From: a bacterium
GTDB lineage: Bacteria > UBA8248
Assembly: GCA_965207065.1 (NCBI GenBank)
Contig: OZ242260.1
Location: 4,384,001-4,448,000, forward strand
DNA: 64,000 nucleotides
Direction of reading: 5' to 3'
Below are positions 29,399 to 39,830 of the stretch, one piece after another. The translations under genes were made by a program, and so were the position numbers. The notes beneath the pieces are model-generated. The model ran no database searches, was not told the DNA's origin, and saw only the letters and a program-made list of their open reading frames with translations. How positions within the stretch are numbered: the stretch's first letter is position 1; each line of letters begins with the position of its first letter.

Positions 29399-30415
29399 TC
29401 AGGGCGATTCCACGCACGTCCATCCTCCCGTCTTCGATGATTCGAGCATGGCCGAGAGCAGCGCGACGAGGGAGGCTCCCTCGCGCCCGTCGGTGAACGG
29501 GGGCGCATCGCCGCGCACGCTCTTCGCGAAAGAAGCCATGTGGCTGGTGATCATGTCGGTATTCTCGACCGTAACGATCTCCGGCTCCACTTCGCCCTTT
29601 CGGTGGATGACGAGTCCAGGCGCGGCGGGCGTTCCCCCTCCCGGATCCGCGTTCACGTAGAGATTCGCCTCGGTTCCGAACAGAGAAAGCTGGTAGCGGC
29701 GCTGCGTCACGAAGCTCGAACTCACCTGGGCGGTCACGCCCGAGGCGAACCGGAGCGCGCCCGAGGCGGTATCCGGAATGCGCCCCGCCGCCATCTTCCG
29801 CTCCAGCACGACGAAGGCCTCCTCCACCGGACCCAGGAGGTAATTCAGGATGTCGAGCAGGTGAAATCCCGGCCCGGTGAACGGGCCGAGAGGCGATTCT
29901 GCGGGGTCGTCGCGCCAGATTTCCCTGCCGTAGTTCTGCGCCCGCGCGTTGCCGAAGTGCCCCGCCGCCTGCGTCACCTCCCCGAGGGCGCCTGCACCTA
30001 TCAGCGCCTTCGCCTTCTGGACCGAGGCCACCCAGCGCCAGCAATGCCCCACCATCAGGACGACGCCCGCTCGCTCACACGCTTCCACGCAGGTGCGGGC
30101 GTCAGCCAAGGTGACGGCAATCGGCTTTTCGACGAACACGTGCTTGCCCGCCCGGGCCGCCGCGCAGACCTGATCCTTATGCGCGCTGTGAGGCGTTGTG
30201 AGGATCACGGCGTCGATGCGCGGATCTTCCAATATGGCCGCATAGTCAGGGTAAGGCTTGCAACCGTATTTTCGCGCGAAATCTTCTTTCCGCTCGTCCG
30301 ACCGCGTATGGCAGGCGGTGATCTGAAGTCCCGGCGTTTTCCGGACCCCCTCCGCCAGCACGCCGGCCCAGCGGCCCAGCCCGACGCAAGCTGCGCGAAT
30401 GTTTTCTCCACTCAT
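29399..30415 (-). CDS. Gfo/Idh/MocA family oxidoreductase
   Basis: VGLGRWA, TTPHSAH, GKHVFVEKP, HLLD; start set at MSGENI. Confidence 0.88.
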   Translation of the reverse strand: MSGENIRAACVGLGRWAGVLAEGVRKTPGLQITACHTRSDERKEDFARKYGCKPYPDYAAILEDPRIDAVILTTPHSAHKDQVCAAARAGKHVFVEKPIAVTLADARTCVEACERAGVVLMVGHCWRWVASVQKAKALIGAGALGEVTQAAGHFGNARAQNYGREIWRDDPAESPLGPFTGPGFHLLDILNYLLGPVEEAFVVLERKMAAGRIPDTASGALRFASGVTAQVSSSFVTQRRYQLSLFGTEANLYVNADPGGGTPAAPGLVIHRKGEVEPEIVTVENTDMITSHMASFAKSVRGDAPPFTDGREGASLVALLSAMLESSKTGGWTCVESP

Positions 30416-30496
30416 GGCGGGCAATATACCACCACGATCCTGAAACGATAAAATTCCCTGCCGCGACTGCCCATCTCGCGGCGCATGAATTAGGAT

Positions 30497-31264
30497 GTGC
30501 CTTTCACATTCCCGGGGGGCGCGGCGTTGTCGCCAGAAAGTATTCATGGAAAGACCTGCATCGTCACTGGCGCGAGCCGGGGCATCGGGCGCGGATGCGC
30601 GGTGGCGCTGGGGAGCGAAGGCTGCCGCGTGGCTGTGAACTACCGCGAGCGCGCGGACGAGGCGGAGGAGACCCGCCGCGAGATAGAAGAGGCGGGCGGG
30701 GAGGCCTTCACCATCCAGGCGGACGTATCGGTCGCCGGCGACGTGCGCCGCCTCGTGCACGAGACGAGGGAGCGCTTCGGCCCCGTCTCGATACTCGTCA
30801 ACAACGCAGGTATCGCCATCATGAAACCATTTGACGACCTCACCGAAGCCGATTGGAACGCCACGCTCGACGTGAACCTCAAATCCGCGTTCCTGCTCTC
30901 GCAGGCCGTGTTGCCCGACATGCGGGAGGCGCGGTGGGGCAGGATCGTGAACGTCTCATCGAACGCCGCCTTCACGGGCGGGCGCGTCGGGCCGCACTAC
31001 GCGGCGTCCAAGGCGGGCATGCACGGACTTACTCACGGTTACGCCGCGGCCCTGGTGAAAGAAGGCGTCACGGTGAACAGCGTGGCGCCCGCCCTCATCG
31101 ACACCGACATGACGACGCAGGACCTGCGCACCTCCACGCCGAACACGCCGATGGAGCGCTTCGGGACGGTGGAGGAGACGGTCGACGCCGTCATGATGAT
31201 GATCCGAAACGCCTTCATCACGGGCCAGACCCTCCTGGTGAACGGCGGCAATTACTTCCACTAA
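30497..31264 (+). CDS. SDR family oxidoreductase (FabG-like)
   Basis: TGASRGIG, NNAG, YAASK. Confidence 0.92.
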   Translation: MPFTFPGGAALSPESIHGKTCIVTGASRGIGRGCAVALGSEGCRVAVNYRERADEAEETRREIEEAGGEAFTIQADVSVAGDVRRLVHETRERFGPVSILVNNAGIAIMKPFDDLTEADWNATLDVNLKSAFLLSQAVLPDMREARWGRIVNVSSNAAFTGGRVGPHYAASKAGMHGLTHGYAAALVKEGVTVNSVAPALIDTDMTTQDLRTSTPNTPMERFGTVEETVDAVMMMIRNAFITGQTLLVNGGNYFH

Positions 31265-31301
31265 CTCATATCTTATCCACCAATACCCAGAGGCCAGATA
31301 G

Positions 31302-32996
31302 ATGAGAAACGCAAACGGCGCATGCTTGCTGCTCGAAACCCTGCTCGACGAGGGAGTCACGCACCTGTTCGGGAACCCGGGCACGACGGAGCTTCCCCTG
31401 ATGGACGCGCTGGTGAACGAGGAGCGGCTCGAGTTCATCCTAACGCTGCACGAGGGCGTGGCCATATCGGCGGCTGAAGGATACGGCCTGAGCACGGGGA
31501 GACCGGCGGCCATCAACCTCCATGTGGCGCCCGGCCTCGGCAACGCGATGGGCCTTCTCTACAACGCCAAGCGCTCGGGCGCGCCCATGCTCGTCACCGC
31601 CGGGAACCAGCCCCAGAGCGGACATTTTCAGGAAATCATCCTCTACGACGACCTCGCGCGCATGGCGGAGCCCCTCGTGAAGTGGTCGTACGAGGTGCGC
31701 CGCGTCGAGGACCTGGAACAGGCCGTGCGGCGCGCCGTCAAGGTGTCCATGACGCCGCCGACGGGGCCGGTCTTCCTCTCCCTGCCCGGAGACGTCATGC
31801 TGGCCGCAGCCTCAGAATTGCAGGAAAAGCCCACGCGCATCCACACGCGCTTCGCCGCGTCGGCGGAGTCCATCGAGGCGGCGGCCGCGCTCATCGCAAA
31901 AGCCGAGCGGCCCTGCATCGTCGCGGGTTCCGGCGTCGCGCACTCGGGTGCGCTGGAGGAAGCGGCGCGCTTCGCCGAGCAAATCGGCGCCAAAGCGTAT
32001 GAGGAGAACTTCGCCAACGTGATCTCTTATCCCATGGCGCACCCGCTCTACGGCGGGAAACTCCCCATTCTCGCCAGGCCCTTGAGGGAGCGCCTCTCGG
32101 AATCAGACCTGGTGTTCCTGGTCGGCACGGAGGTATTCCTGTTCTCATACCCCGCCGACGTGCGTCCGCTGCCCGAAAGCTGCCGGGTCGTGCATCTGGA
32201 CCTGAACGCATGGGAGATGGGCAAGAACTTCGGGCTGGACGCCTCGCTGTACGGGGACCCGAAAACCACCCTGCCCGTCCTGACAGAAGCCGTGGCGCGC
32301 GCGCAGACGGCGGATGAGGCAGCAAGAGCGAAAGCGCGCGCGGAGCGGATTGCGAATGAGAACCGAAGCGCGCGCGAGGCCGCATCGCCTCCGGCAGAGC
32401 AAAGTGATTATTCGGAAGGCATGCCGCTGCCCGTCTTTCACCGGGCGCTCGGCGCGGGCGCGCCCGATGGCGCCGTGTGGGTGGATGAGGCGCTCACTTC
32501 CGCAGGCCCCGGTTTCCGCCGCGCGGTGGGGCGAACAGCCTCCCAGATTTTCGGACGTAAGGGCGGCGGCATCGGGAACGGCCTGCCCATGGCGCTGGGC
32601 GCCAAGATAGCGACGCCGGATCGCCCCGTCATCTGCCTCTCGGGAGACGGCTCGGCCATGTACTCCAACCAGACGCTGTGGACGGCGGCGAAATACAATG
32701 TGGGCGTCGTTTTCCTTATCGCGAACAACGGGGCCTACCACATCCTGAAAGGGCGCGTGCTTGCGCTGGACGGAAAGGCGAAGGAGTTTCACCGCTTCGT
32801 CGGCATGGACCTGACGGAACCGGACCTCGACTTCATCAAGCTGGCCGAATCGATGGGCGTGGACGCCGCGCGCGTCCATGCGCCGGATGAACTGGAAGCG
32901 TGTCTTGCCGAGGCCGCCCGGGGCGACAAGCCCTTCCTCATCGACGCGGTCGTGAAGCCCACCCCTCTGGGCGGCGCGCCACCCCAGGAGCTTTGA
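31302..32996 (+). CDS. Thiamine pyrophosphate-dependent enzyme (benzoylformate decarboxylase-like)
   Basis: FGNPGTTELP, LHEG, GLGNAMG, GDGSAMY...NNGAY. Confidence 0.9.
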   Translation: MRNANGACLLLETLLDEGVTHLFGNPGTTELPLMDALVNEERLEFILTLHEGVAISAAEGYGLSTGRPAAINLHVAPGLGNAMGLLYNAKRSGAPMLVTAGNQPQSGHFQEIILYDDLARMAEPLVKWSYEVRRVEDLEQAVRRAVKVSMTPPTGPVFLSLPGDVMLAAASELQEKPTRIHTRFAASAESIEAAAALIAKAERPCIVAGSGVAHSGALEEAARFAEQIGAKAYEENFANVISYPMAHPLYGGKLPILARPLRERLSESDLVFLVGTEVFLFSYPADVRPLPESCRVVHLDLNAWEMGKNFGLDASLYGDPKTTLPVLTEAVARAQTADEAARAKARAERIANENRSAREAASPPAEQSDYSEGMPLPVFHRALGAGAPDGAVWVDEALTSAGPGFRRAVGRTASQIFGRKGGGIGNGLPMALGAKIATPDRPVICLSGDGSAMYSNQTLWTAAKYNVGVVFLIANNGAYHILKGRVLALDGKAKEFHRFVGMDLTEPDLDFIKLAESMGVDAARVHAPDELEACLAEAARGDKPFLIDAVVKPTPLGGAPPQEL

Positions 32997-33056
32997 GGGG
33001 AACAAATAACAACCCCCTCATCCCGAGTGGTTGTCCTTCGCCGGGCAGCGCGACAG

Positions 33057-33335
33057 TACAGGCACAGAGGCCTGCCCCTATGGAGTCATCCCGATTCACG
33101 GGGCTGTAGGGACAGGTCGCGACCTATCCAAATTCGTTCACGAATCAACGCAAGTGTAGGGGTCGCATATATGCGACCCGTGGTTTGACGGCGAAAAAGC
33201 AGGGCCGCATATATGCGGCCCCTACACATCTCCTCGAATGGCGACCGTCGGGGCGGTTCGCGAACCGCCCCTACAAATCCATCGTTCCCCCATCGTTTCA
33301 GAGGGCTTTTTCAACAACCCCCTCAAGGGGGAGTG
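33057..33335. repeat. Cluster of REP-like palindromes plus an orphan MITE end
   Basis: GTAGGGGTCGCATATATGCGACCC, GGGCCGCATATATGCGGCCCCTAC and GGGGCGGTTCGCGAACCGCCCCTAC, then TTTTTCAACAACCCC. Confidence 0.7.
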
Positions 33336-33337
33336 AC

Positions 33338-34114
33338 TCAGGCCGGTTTCTGGCCCAGGATGGTCAGGCGTTTTCTGACAATGGAGAATTGCTCTCCTTC
33401 GCCACTTTCCTCATACCAGCTTCCGCCCTGATCGCGCAGCGACTCGAAGGCGGCTCTCAGCTTCGGGAACTCGTCCGGCGAGGTCTTGGCGATGTCCATC
33501 CACTCATCGAACGGCGTGTCGGTCCTGTCGACGACCGTCTCCTCGATACGGATTCCCTCTGCCCGGAACAAGTCTTCCATCTCCTTTCCGGACAGGTGCC
33601 GCGTGATGGTCGGCTCCCGCACACGGTCGAGCTCTTCTATCTTCTCGCGCTCTTCTTCCTCGTCGGGGTAGTGATAGTCGATCAGGAAAACGTGGCCGCC
33701 AGGACGGACGGCGCGCGCCATCTCCCCAAAAACTTTTTTGGGGTCATCGAGATGATGAAACGTGTGGCGACAGATGGCGGCGTCGGCGGCCCCCGCCGCG
33801 AGGGGCGCATCGTGCGCGTTCGCCATGACGTAGCGGGCGTTCGCCTCGAGCCCCCATTCGCGCAGGCGCTGGCGTCCGCTTATTGCCATTGCGGGGGTGA
33901 GGTCCAGCCCCACGACGTTCCCGCCCTTCATGAGAAAAGGCCGCGCGGAAGTGCCCGTGCCCATCCCGAAATCGACCAGCCAGGAGCCTTCGCCGAAGCC
34001 GACCCGCTCGGCCATCGCGCCCAGGCGCGCCTGTTCCGCGTCGCTGTAATAGCCGCCGTAGGTCTCGGCCATGCGCGTGAAGGTCTCGATGTTCCGCTGC
34101 TTCGCCGAATCCAT
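33338..34114 (-). CDS. Class I SAM-dependent methyltransferase (UbiE-like)
   Basis: VDFGMGTG, GLDLTPAM, TFHHL, VRPGG. Confidence 0.85.
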   Translation of the reverse strand: MDSAKQRNIETFTRMAETYGGYYSDAEQARLGAMAERVGFGEGSWLVDFGMGTGTSARPFLMKGGNVVGLDLTPAMAISGRQRLREWGLEANARYVMANAHDAPLAAGAADAAICRHTFHHLDDPKKVFGEMARAVRPGGHVFLIDYHYPDEEEEREKIEELDRVREPTITRHLSGKEMEDLFRAEGIRIEETVVDRTDTPFDEWMDIAKTSPDEFPKLRAAFESLRDQGGSWYEESGEGEQFSIVRKRLTILGQKPA

Positions 34115-34282
34115 CTAAAGCCCCCTTCAGGGAGTTCGCCGTGCATGCGCATCAAATGAGGTATCTGAGAATCATACACCGAAACCGGGAAAAGCACGCT
34201 CCCCTCTCAATCGTTTTACAAAATACGCGGGCTGCCGTTAGAATGAGGAAAATCAACCTCTCAATAACAAGGAGAGCGCACA

Positions 34283-34786
34283 ATGGGTGAAATACTCGAC
34301 AAATTCGCAGCCGAATGCCACGACATCCTGAAAGCCGATTCGAGCAAGGCGGGTCTCCAGAAGGTGAGCGACGCCCTGGAGAAAGTCCTGGTGCAAGAGG
34401 AGTTCGTGCAGGAACACCTGGGGCCGGACAACGACTCCCCCCGCAAGATCCTCTACAAGGACCCCGAGCTCGGCTTCTGCATCTTCGCTCACGTTCACAA
34501 GGGTGTTACCGGAAGCTCCCCGCACGACCACGGCCAGTCGTGGGCCATCTACGGTCAGGCGGTCGGCACCACAACGATGACGGATTACGATCTCGTCGAA
34601 CGGCCCAACGGCGCAGCGCCCGGCAAGGTGCGCGCCGTGCGCAGCTACGACCTCACGCCGGGCTTGTCCAAGGCCTATGACGTTGGGGAGTTCCACTCGC
34701 CCAAGCGCGAGGGAGAGACGCGCCTCGTGCGCATTGAAGGCATCGACCTGGACACCATCACGCGCGACAAGTACGAAGCGGTTTAA
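34283..34786 (+). CDS. Cupin/cysteine-dioxygenase-like metal-binding protein
   Basis: SSPHDHGQSWAIYG, EFHSP. Confidence 0.7.
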   Translation: MGEILDKFAAECHDILKADSSKAGLQKVSDALEKVLVQEEFVQEHLGPDNDSPRKILYKDPELGFCIFAHVHKGVTGSSPHDHGQSWAIYGQAVGTTTMTDYDLVERPNGAAPGKVRAVRSYDLTPGLSKAYDVGEFHSPKREGETRLVRIEGIDLDTITRDKYEAV

Positions 34787-34845
34787 TACCGCCCCGATTC
34801 GTATGTAGCGCGCTAATTGATCGAGTAGTATCGTTTTTCCGACCT

Positions 34846-35007
34846 GTCGCAGGTGGGCTTTCTGAGTGAAAGCCCGGGAAGCCGGTGAGAATCCGGCGCG
34901 GACCCGCCACTGTGACCGGGGACGAAAGCGGCCATTACCACTGGCGGATGCCGCCGGGAAGGGGCCGTGAGTAGGATGATCCGGAAGCCAGGAGACCGAC
35001 CTGCGGC
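34846..35007 (+). promoter_or_regulatory. Cobalamin riboswitch 1
   Basis: GGGAAGCCGGTGAGAATCCGGCGCGGACCCGCCACTGTG ... CCACTGG ... GGGAAGG ... AGCCAGGAGACC; P1 GTCGCAGGT/ACCTGCGGC. Confidence 0.92.
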
Positions 35008-35139
35008 AACCTTTTGACCCGTCACGTCCTCGCGGAACGGGAGGTGGGTGGTATCTTGCGCATCATCACACCCCAAGACGAGAGAATCATCGCACGCGCG
35101 GGCATTGCGCACACGCGGCGATAAAGTTTCGCCATAAGC

Positions 35140-35360
35140 GGGGATTGTTGAAAAGCCCCCTTTTTAGGGGGTAGAGGGGACGCCCCTCGCAACTGGAAAA
35201 ACAACCCCCCTACCCCCCCTTCTCAGGGGGGTAAGAAAAAAAGCCTCCCTTGGCAGGGTGGTAAAAAGCGATGCCTTCCGGCAAGGGGGGCAAGAAAAAA
35301 AGCCCCCCTGACAAGGGGGGTTGGGGGGTTCCTCCCTTGCCAAAGGCCTTTTCAACAGCC
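35140..35360. mobile_element. MITE-like element A
   Basis: Ends GGGGATTGTTGAAAAG...CTTTTCAACAGCC; internal CCCCCCTACCCCCCTT-type repeats. Confidence 0.55.
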
Positions 35361-35393
35361 AAAAGCGCGGCGGACGCATCCGCCGCTGAAACA

Positions 35394-35536
35394 GCCGTCA
35401 GGTGTTCGGGAATCCGGTGTAAGACCGGAGCTGCCCAGCAGCTGTGAGCGACGCGCCTTTCATGCAACCACTGGGATTTTCCCGGGAAGGAATGAAAGGC
35501 GGCCATCGGCGCGAGCCAGAAGACCGGCCTGCCGGC
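35394..35536 (+). promoter_or_regulatory. Cobalamin riboswitch 2
   Basis: GGGAATCCGGTGTAAGACCGGAGCTGCCCAGCAGCTGTG ... CCACTGGG ... GGGAAGG ... AGCCAGAAGACC; P1 GCCGTCAGGT/GCCTGCCGGC. Confidence 0.88.
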
Positions 35537-35602
35537 ATCTCCCATGCGACCCCACGAGGGGTCCGTTTCGAGCGCTTGGGCCGCTCAAGGAGGCGTCACA
35601 TC

Positions 35603-37654
35603 ATGCAAGGCATTTTGAGAAAACCCACCCGATCATCCATCCGCATCAAAGGGGGCCTGTTCGCTGTGTGGCTCGCCGCACTCATCCTGTTGGGCGGGGC
35701 GGGGATTGCCCACGCGCAAAGCGCCGAGGAGGAACTCTACCTCGACCCCATCACCGTTACGGCCACACGAACGCCCGAGCGGTTGAGCGACGTGGCCGAT
35801 TCGGTGGAGGTCTTCGGTCCCGATCGGATCGAGAGCCTCCTGCCGGGCGACGCGCTCGATTTCCTCACTGAGGGGGCGGGCGTCATCCTCCCGCAGACGA
35901 GCGGCAGGGGCGGGCAGGCGAGCCTTTTCCTGAGGGGAAGCGAGAGCAACTTCACCAGCGTGATGATCGACGGCTTCAAGCTCACCTTTCCGGACGGGAG
36001 CGCGTATGACTTCGGGCATCTATCACCCGAGTGGGTGGGCGCAGCCGAAATTCTCAAGGGTCCGCAAAGCCCGCTGTACGGCTCGGACGCGGCTTCGGGC
36101 GTGATGAATTTTCTGCCCGAGGTCGGCAAGCCGGGAGAAGCGCCCTCTTTCACCGTCCGCGCGAGGGGCGGCAGCGACGACACGTTCGAGGAGGCCTTCA
36201 AGCTCAAGGGCGGAACGGCCAAGAGCGGATACGCCGCCACCCTGAGCCGCCTCGATACGGAGGGACACCTGCCGAACGACGGATACTACCGCACCGTGGG
36301 GACGGTGGCGCTGGATCATTTCTTCTCAGACAAGGCGAAATTGCGCTTTCTCTACCACGCCAACCAGAACCGCTACGACATCCCCGGGCCGGCTCATGCG
36401 GGCTACAGAGAACCGAACAAGTACGGGCGAAACACCGAGCAACTCATCGGCGCGCGCGCTCATCTCAAGCCTTTCTCCTGGCTCGAGTACGTCCCGCGCG
36501 TTTCCATGTACCTGCGAGACACGCTGTTCGAGAACATGCCGGATGCGCACAACCCCGGCTCCGACAAAACGGATACGAGCGGGACGAGACTTCATTTCGA
36601 CAACCAGGTAAACGTGAGGCTCTCAGGGGAGCAAATCGGCTTGCGCGCGCTTCGCCGCTCCACCTCCACGCTGGGCATCGAATGGGAGACGGAGGACATC
36701 TCGGTCGAGAGCGCTTATGAGAACGACTTCGGCGCCGGGGAAAACGAATACGACAGCGACAGGCGGGCGACTTCTTTTTACGCGCAGCAGCAGTTCCAGT
36801 TCGAGGGAGGCCTCACCCTCGCAGTCGGGGCGCGTGCCGATAATTTCGACGTCGGCGAGGACGAGACGACCGGAAAGCTCTCCGCCTCCTACAAAATTCC
36901 CGGAACCGGCGCGCGGTTTCGCGGCGCGGTGGGCGAGGGAATCAAGCGGCCCTCTTTCGCCGAGTTGCTCGACGTCTACGGCCCCGGCAACCCGAACCTA
37001 AAGAGCGAGAGGCAACGAAGCTGGGAGGCGGGCTTCGATCAGTTTTTCGCCGGAAAAAAGCTCAAATTCAGCGCCACGTATTACGTGAACGATGTCGACG
37101 ACCTGATCGCCTATTCCTTTACCCCGTTCGACAACGGGACAAACTACGAGAACATCCAGAAGGTGCGGGTCAAGGGCGCGGAAGTATCCTTATCGCTACT
37201 TGATTTCCACGACTTCACGGCCCACGCGAGTCTCAACACCATGGATACGGTCGCGCTCGAAACCGAAGGCCTCGGCGCGCCGAACTACGTGGAGGGAGAA
37301 CCGCTCCTGAGACGCCCGGACTGGTGGTGGAGCGCCTCGATCAGCTATCACCCGGATCGGCTCAGAGCCGCTTTAAGAGTGAACACGGTGAGCGACAGGT
37401 GGGACATCGACGACTCGGCGCCCTGGCCCTACCCGAGGGTGGTGAACCCAGGCTTCACACGGGTGGATCTGGCGCTCTCGCTCGACGTCGTGAAGGAGCG
37501 AATCTCGATGTTCGACAAGACGAGGAAATCCAGGCTCAAGGAATTGACGTTGGAACTCAAGGTGAACAACGCGCTCGATGAGGAATACGACGCCATCTAC
37601 GGCTTCGGCGCGCCAGGGGTCCAGTGGTTCGCGGGCGTCAGGGCGGTCTTCTAA
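35603..37654 (+). CDS. btuB: TonB-dependent receptor, cobalamin (BtuB-like)
   Basis: Signal peptide, ITVTATRT, plug domain (LRG..SN, KGPQSPLYGSDA), C-terminal Phe; downstream of B12 riboswitches; AAGGAGG RBS. Confidence 0.85.
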   Translation: MQGILRKPTRSSIRIKGGLFAVWLAALILLGGAGIAHAQSAEEELYLDPITVTATRTPERLSDVADSVEVFGPDRIESLLPGDALDFLTEGAGVILPQTSGRGGQASLFLRGSESNFTSVMIDGFKLTFPDGSAYDFGHLSPEWVGAAEILKGPQSPLYGSDAASGVMNFLPEVGKPGEAPSFTVRARGGSDDTFEEAFKLKGGTAKSGYAATLSRLDTEGHLPNDGYYRTVGTVALDHFFSDKAKLRFLYHANQNRYDIPGPAHAGYREPNKYGRNTEQLIGARAHLKPFSWLEYVPRVSMYLRDTLFENMPDAHNPGSDKTDTSGTRLHFDNQVNVRLSGEQIGLRALRRSTSTLGIEWETEDISVESAYENDFGAGENEYDSDRRATSFYAQQQFQFEGGLTLAVGARADNFDVGEDETTGKLSASYKIPGTGARFRGAVGEGIKRPSFAELLDVYGPGNPNLKSERQRSWEAGFDQFFAGKKLKFSATYYVNDVDDLIAYSFTPFDNGTNYENIQKVRVKGAEVSLSLLDFHDFTAHASLNTMDTVALETEGLGAPNYVEGEPLLRRPDWWWSASISYHPDRLRAALRVNTVSDRWDIDDSAPWPYPRVVNPGFTRVDLALSLDVVKERISMFDKTRKSRLKELTLELKVNNALDEEYDAIYGFGAPGVQWFAGVRAVF

Positions 37655-37671
37655 AGCGGCCCTTACTACAG

Positions 37672-37901
37672 GGGGTTGTTGAAAAAGTCCCCTGAAAGGG
37701 TAAAGGCAACCCCCTTGAGAGGGAAACCCATAAAGGCAACCCCCCCTACCCCCCCTTGTCAGGGGGGTATAAAAAGGCGATATCCCCCGCCGGGTGGGTA
37801 GAAGGGCTTTGCTTTTTCTTGCCCCCCTGACAAGGGGGGGTAGGGGGGGTTGGTTTTCAAGGCAGGGGGAGGACGAGCGGGGCGGGTTTTTCAACAACCC
37901 C
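37672..37901. mobile_element. MITE-like element B
   Basis: TIRs GGGGTTGTTGAAAAA/TTTTTCAACAACCCC; flanks TACAG and TATAG. Confidence 0.65.
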
Positions 37902-37914
37902 TATAGGAGGGGCT

Positions 37915-38799
37915 TTGCGCAAAGGGTGGCAGATGCGATTATGCGGTAAGCTCAAAATTTTCTTCCTGGCGGCGGCTCTATTATGGGCTGCGGTCTCCTC
38001 GTTCCCGGAGGGGCCCTCACCCGCCCGCGCCGCCAGGAAGCCCGAACGCCTGATCGCCATGACGCTCGCCACCGCCGAGATGCTCCTCGCTTTGGCGCCC
38101 AGAGAAAGAATCGTCGGCCTGCACAAACTGGCCGGACATCGGGGTTATTCCAACGTCGCCGGTAAGGTGGGGGAAATTCCCCTCATCGGCAGCGCGCCCG
38201 AGCACATCATCTCTTTCAGGCCGGATATGGTGTTCGTCGCCTCATACTCCAGCGCTGCGTTCCTGAACCATCTGCGCGCAGCCGGGGCGCCCGTCTCGAA
38301 ATTTTCCGCTTTCAGCGGTATGGAGGATGTCTTCGCGAGCATCGAGAAGATGGGCCGCCTGATCGGAGAAGAAGACAAGGCGCAAAAACTCATCAAAGAC
38401 ACGAAAGAGAGAATCCACGCCATACGCTCGCGCATCCCGAAAAACGCCAAGCCCCCACGCATTCTCACGCTCGTGCGTGGCGGATGGGTAACGGGCGGCG
38501 GCACCTCGCACGACGCGCTCATCCGCCTCGCGGGCGGAGAGAACGTGGCCGCCGAACACGGCATTCGAGGGGCGCGCAGGGTATCGGCGGAACAGGTCAT
38601 CGCCTGGAACCCCGACGTTATCCTGGTGGGGGCAAATCCCGAATCGGGCGCGAGCATGAAGAACGCCATCCGCGCGAACGGGGTCTACGCACCTCTGCGG
38701 GAGAAAAAAATCGTCGAGATCCCCTACCCGCGTTTTTCGAGCGTGTCGCAATACATCGTCGATGGACTCGATGATCTGGTGCGAGGGCTTTACCGATGA
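37915..38799 (+). CDS. Cobalamin/Fe-siderophore ABC substrate-binding protein (BtuF-like)
   Basis: Signal peptide; PERLIAM, PEHIISFRPD, EQVIAWNPDVI. Confidence 0.85.
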   Translation: MRKGWQMRLCGKLKIFFLAAALLWAAVSSFPEGPSPARAARKPERLIAMTLATAEMLLALAPRERIVGLHKLAGHRGYSNVAGKVGEIPLIGSAPEHIISFRPDMVFVASYSSAAFLNHLRAAGAPVSKFSAFSGMEDVFASIEKMGRLIGEEDKAQKLIKDTKERIHAIRSRIPKNAKPPRILTLVRGGWVTGGGTSHDALIRLAGGENVAAEHGIRGARRVSAEQVIAWNPDVILVGANPESGASMKNAIRANGVYAPLREKKIVEIPYPRFSSVSQYIVDGLDDLVRGLYR

Positions 38800-39830
38800 G
38801 GAAATACGCCCTCATGGCAGGGCTTTTCGCCGCCGCCTTGCTCCTCGCCGCACTCAGCGTCCGCCTGGGCGTGGCGGATATCGATTCCGGAAAAATCCTG
38901 AAGGTCATCCTGAGTGAACTGGGACTCATCTCAACCGAGGGGATGGGCGTCTCCGCGCATGAGCGCGCCATCGTCTGGCACATCCGGCTCCCCCGCACGC
39001 TCACGGGCGCTTTCGTCGGCGCCTCGCTCGCGCTCTCGGGCGTGATGCTCCAGGGTCTTTTCCGAAACCCGATGGCGAGCCCCGCCGTGGTCGGGGTCAG
39101 CACGGGCGGCGCGCTGGGCGCTACGAGCGCCATCGCGTTGGGTCTCGGCGCCGCCTCGATCTGGGCCGTTCCCATGAGCGCCTTCGCCGGCGCGCTGGTG
39201 ACGGTGCTTCTCGTCTCCCTCGTAGCCTCCCACAAGGGACACACGCCCCTGGGCGCGCTCATCCTCTGCGGGATGGCGATGAACGCCATCGCGGGCGCGC
39301 TGACGACGCTCGTACTCAGCTACAGCGTGAGCGATTTCGAGATCGCGCGCCAGATTCTCTTCTGGCTGATGGGGAGCCTCACGAACCGGACCTGGGAGCA
39401 CGTGATCCTCATCGCGCCCTTTTTCGCCGCCTCCGGGATTGCCGCCGCGTTTTTCGGGCGCGAGCTGAACCTCATGATGTCGGGTGAGGAAGCCGCCATG
39501 GCGCTCGGCGTGAACACGGCGCGCACGAAAGCGTGGGTTCTCGTCATCGCGGCGGCGGCGGCGGGAGCGGCGGTCGCCGTAGCGGGCGTGGTCAGCTTCG
39601 TGGGACTGCTCGTCCCCCACATCGTGCGGATGCTGGCCGGGCCGGACCACCGCAGGCTCCTGCCCATGAGTATGACGGCGGGCGCGGTCTTCGTGATGGG
39701 GATGGACCTGCTCGCGCGCGTGCTCTCGCCCGCCGGGGAGGTCCGCCTGGGCGTCCTCTCGGCGAGCATCGGCGGGCCGTTCTTTCTGTATCTCATCGTC
39801 CAGAATCGCGCGCGTGCGGAGTCCTTCTGA
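38796..39830 (+). CDS. FecCD/BtuC family permease
   Basis: IRLPR, FRNPMASP, FWLMGSL, GEEAAMALGV, FVGLLVPH. Confidence 0.92.
   Translation: MRKYALMAGLFAAALLLAALSVRLGVADIDSGKILKVILSELGLISTEGMGVSAHERAIVWHIRLPRTLTGAFVGASLALSGVMLQGLFRNPMASPAVVGVSTGGALGATSAIALGLGAASIWAVPMSAFAGALVTVLLVSLVASHKGHTPLGALILCGMAMNAIAGALTTLVLSYSVSDFEIARQILFWLMGSLTNRTWEHVILIAPFFAASGIAAAFFGRELNLMMSGEEAAMALGVNTARTKAWVLVIAAAAAGAAVAVAGVVSFVGLLVPHIVRMLAGPDHRRLLPMSMTAGAVFVMGMDLLARVLSPAGEVRLGVLSASIGGPFFLYLIVQNRARAESF

Noticed and set aside
35041-35136. Small peptide ORF after riboswitch 1
   Set aside because: Possible 22-29 codon frames follow GGGAGG, but only with GTG/TTG starts and no recognisable features
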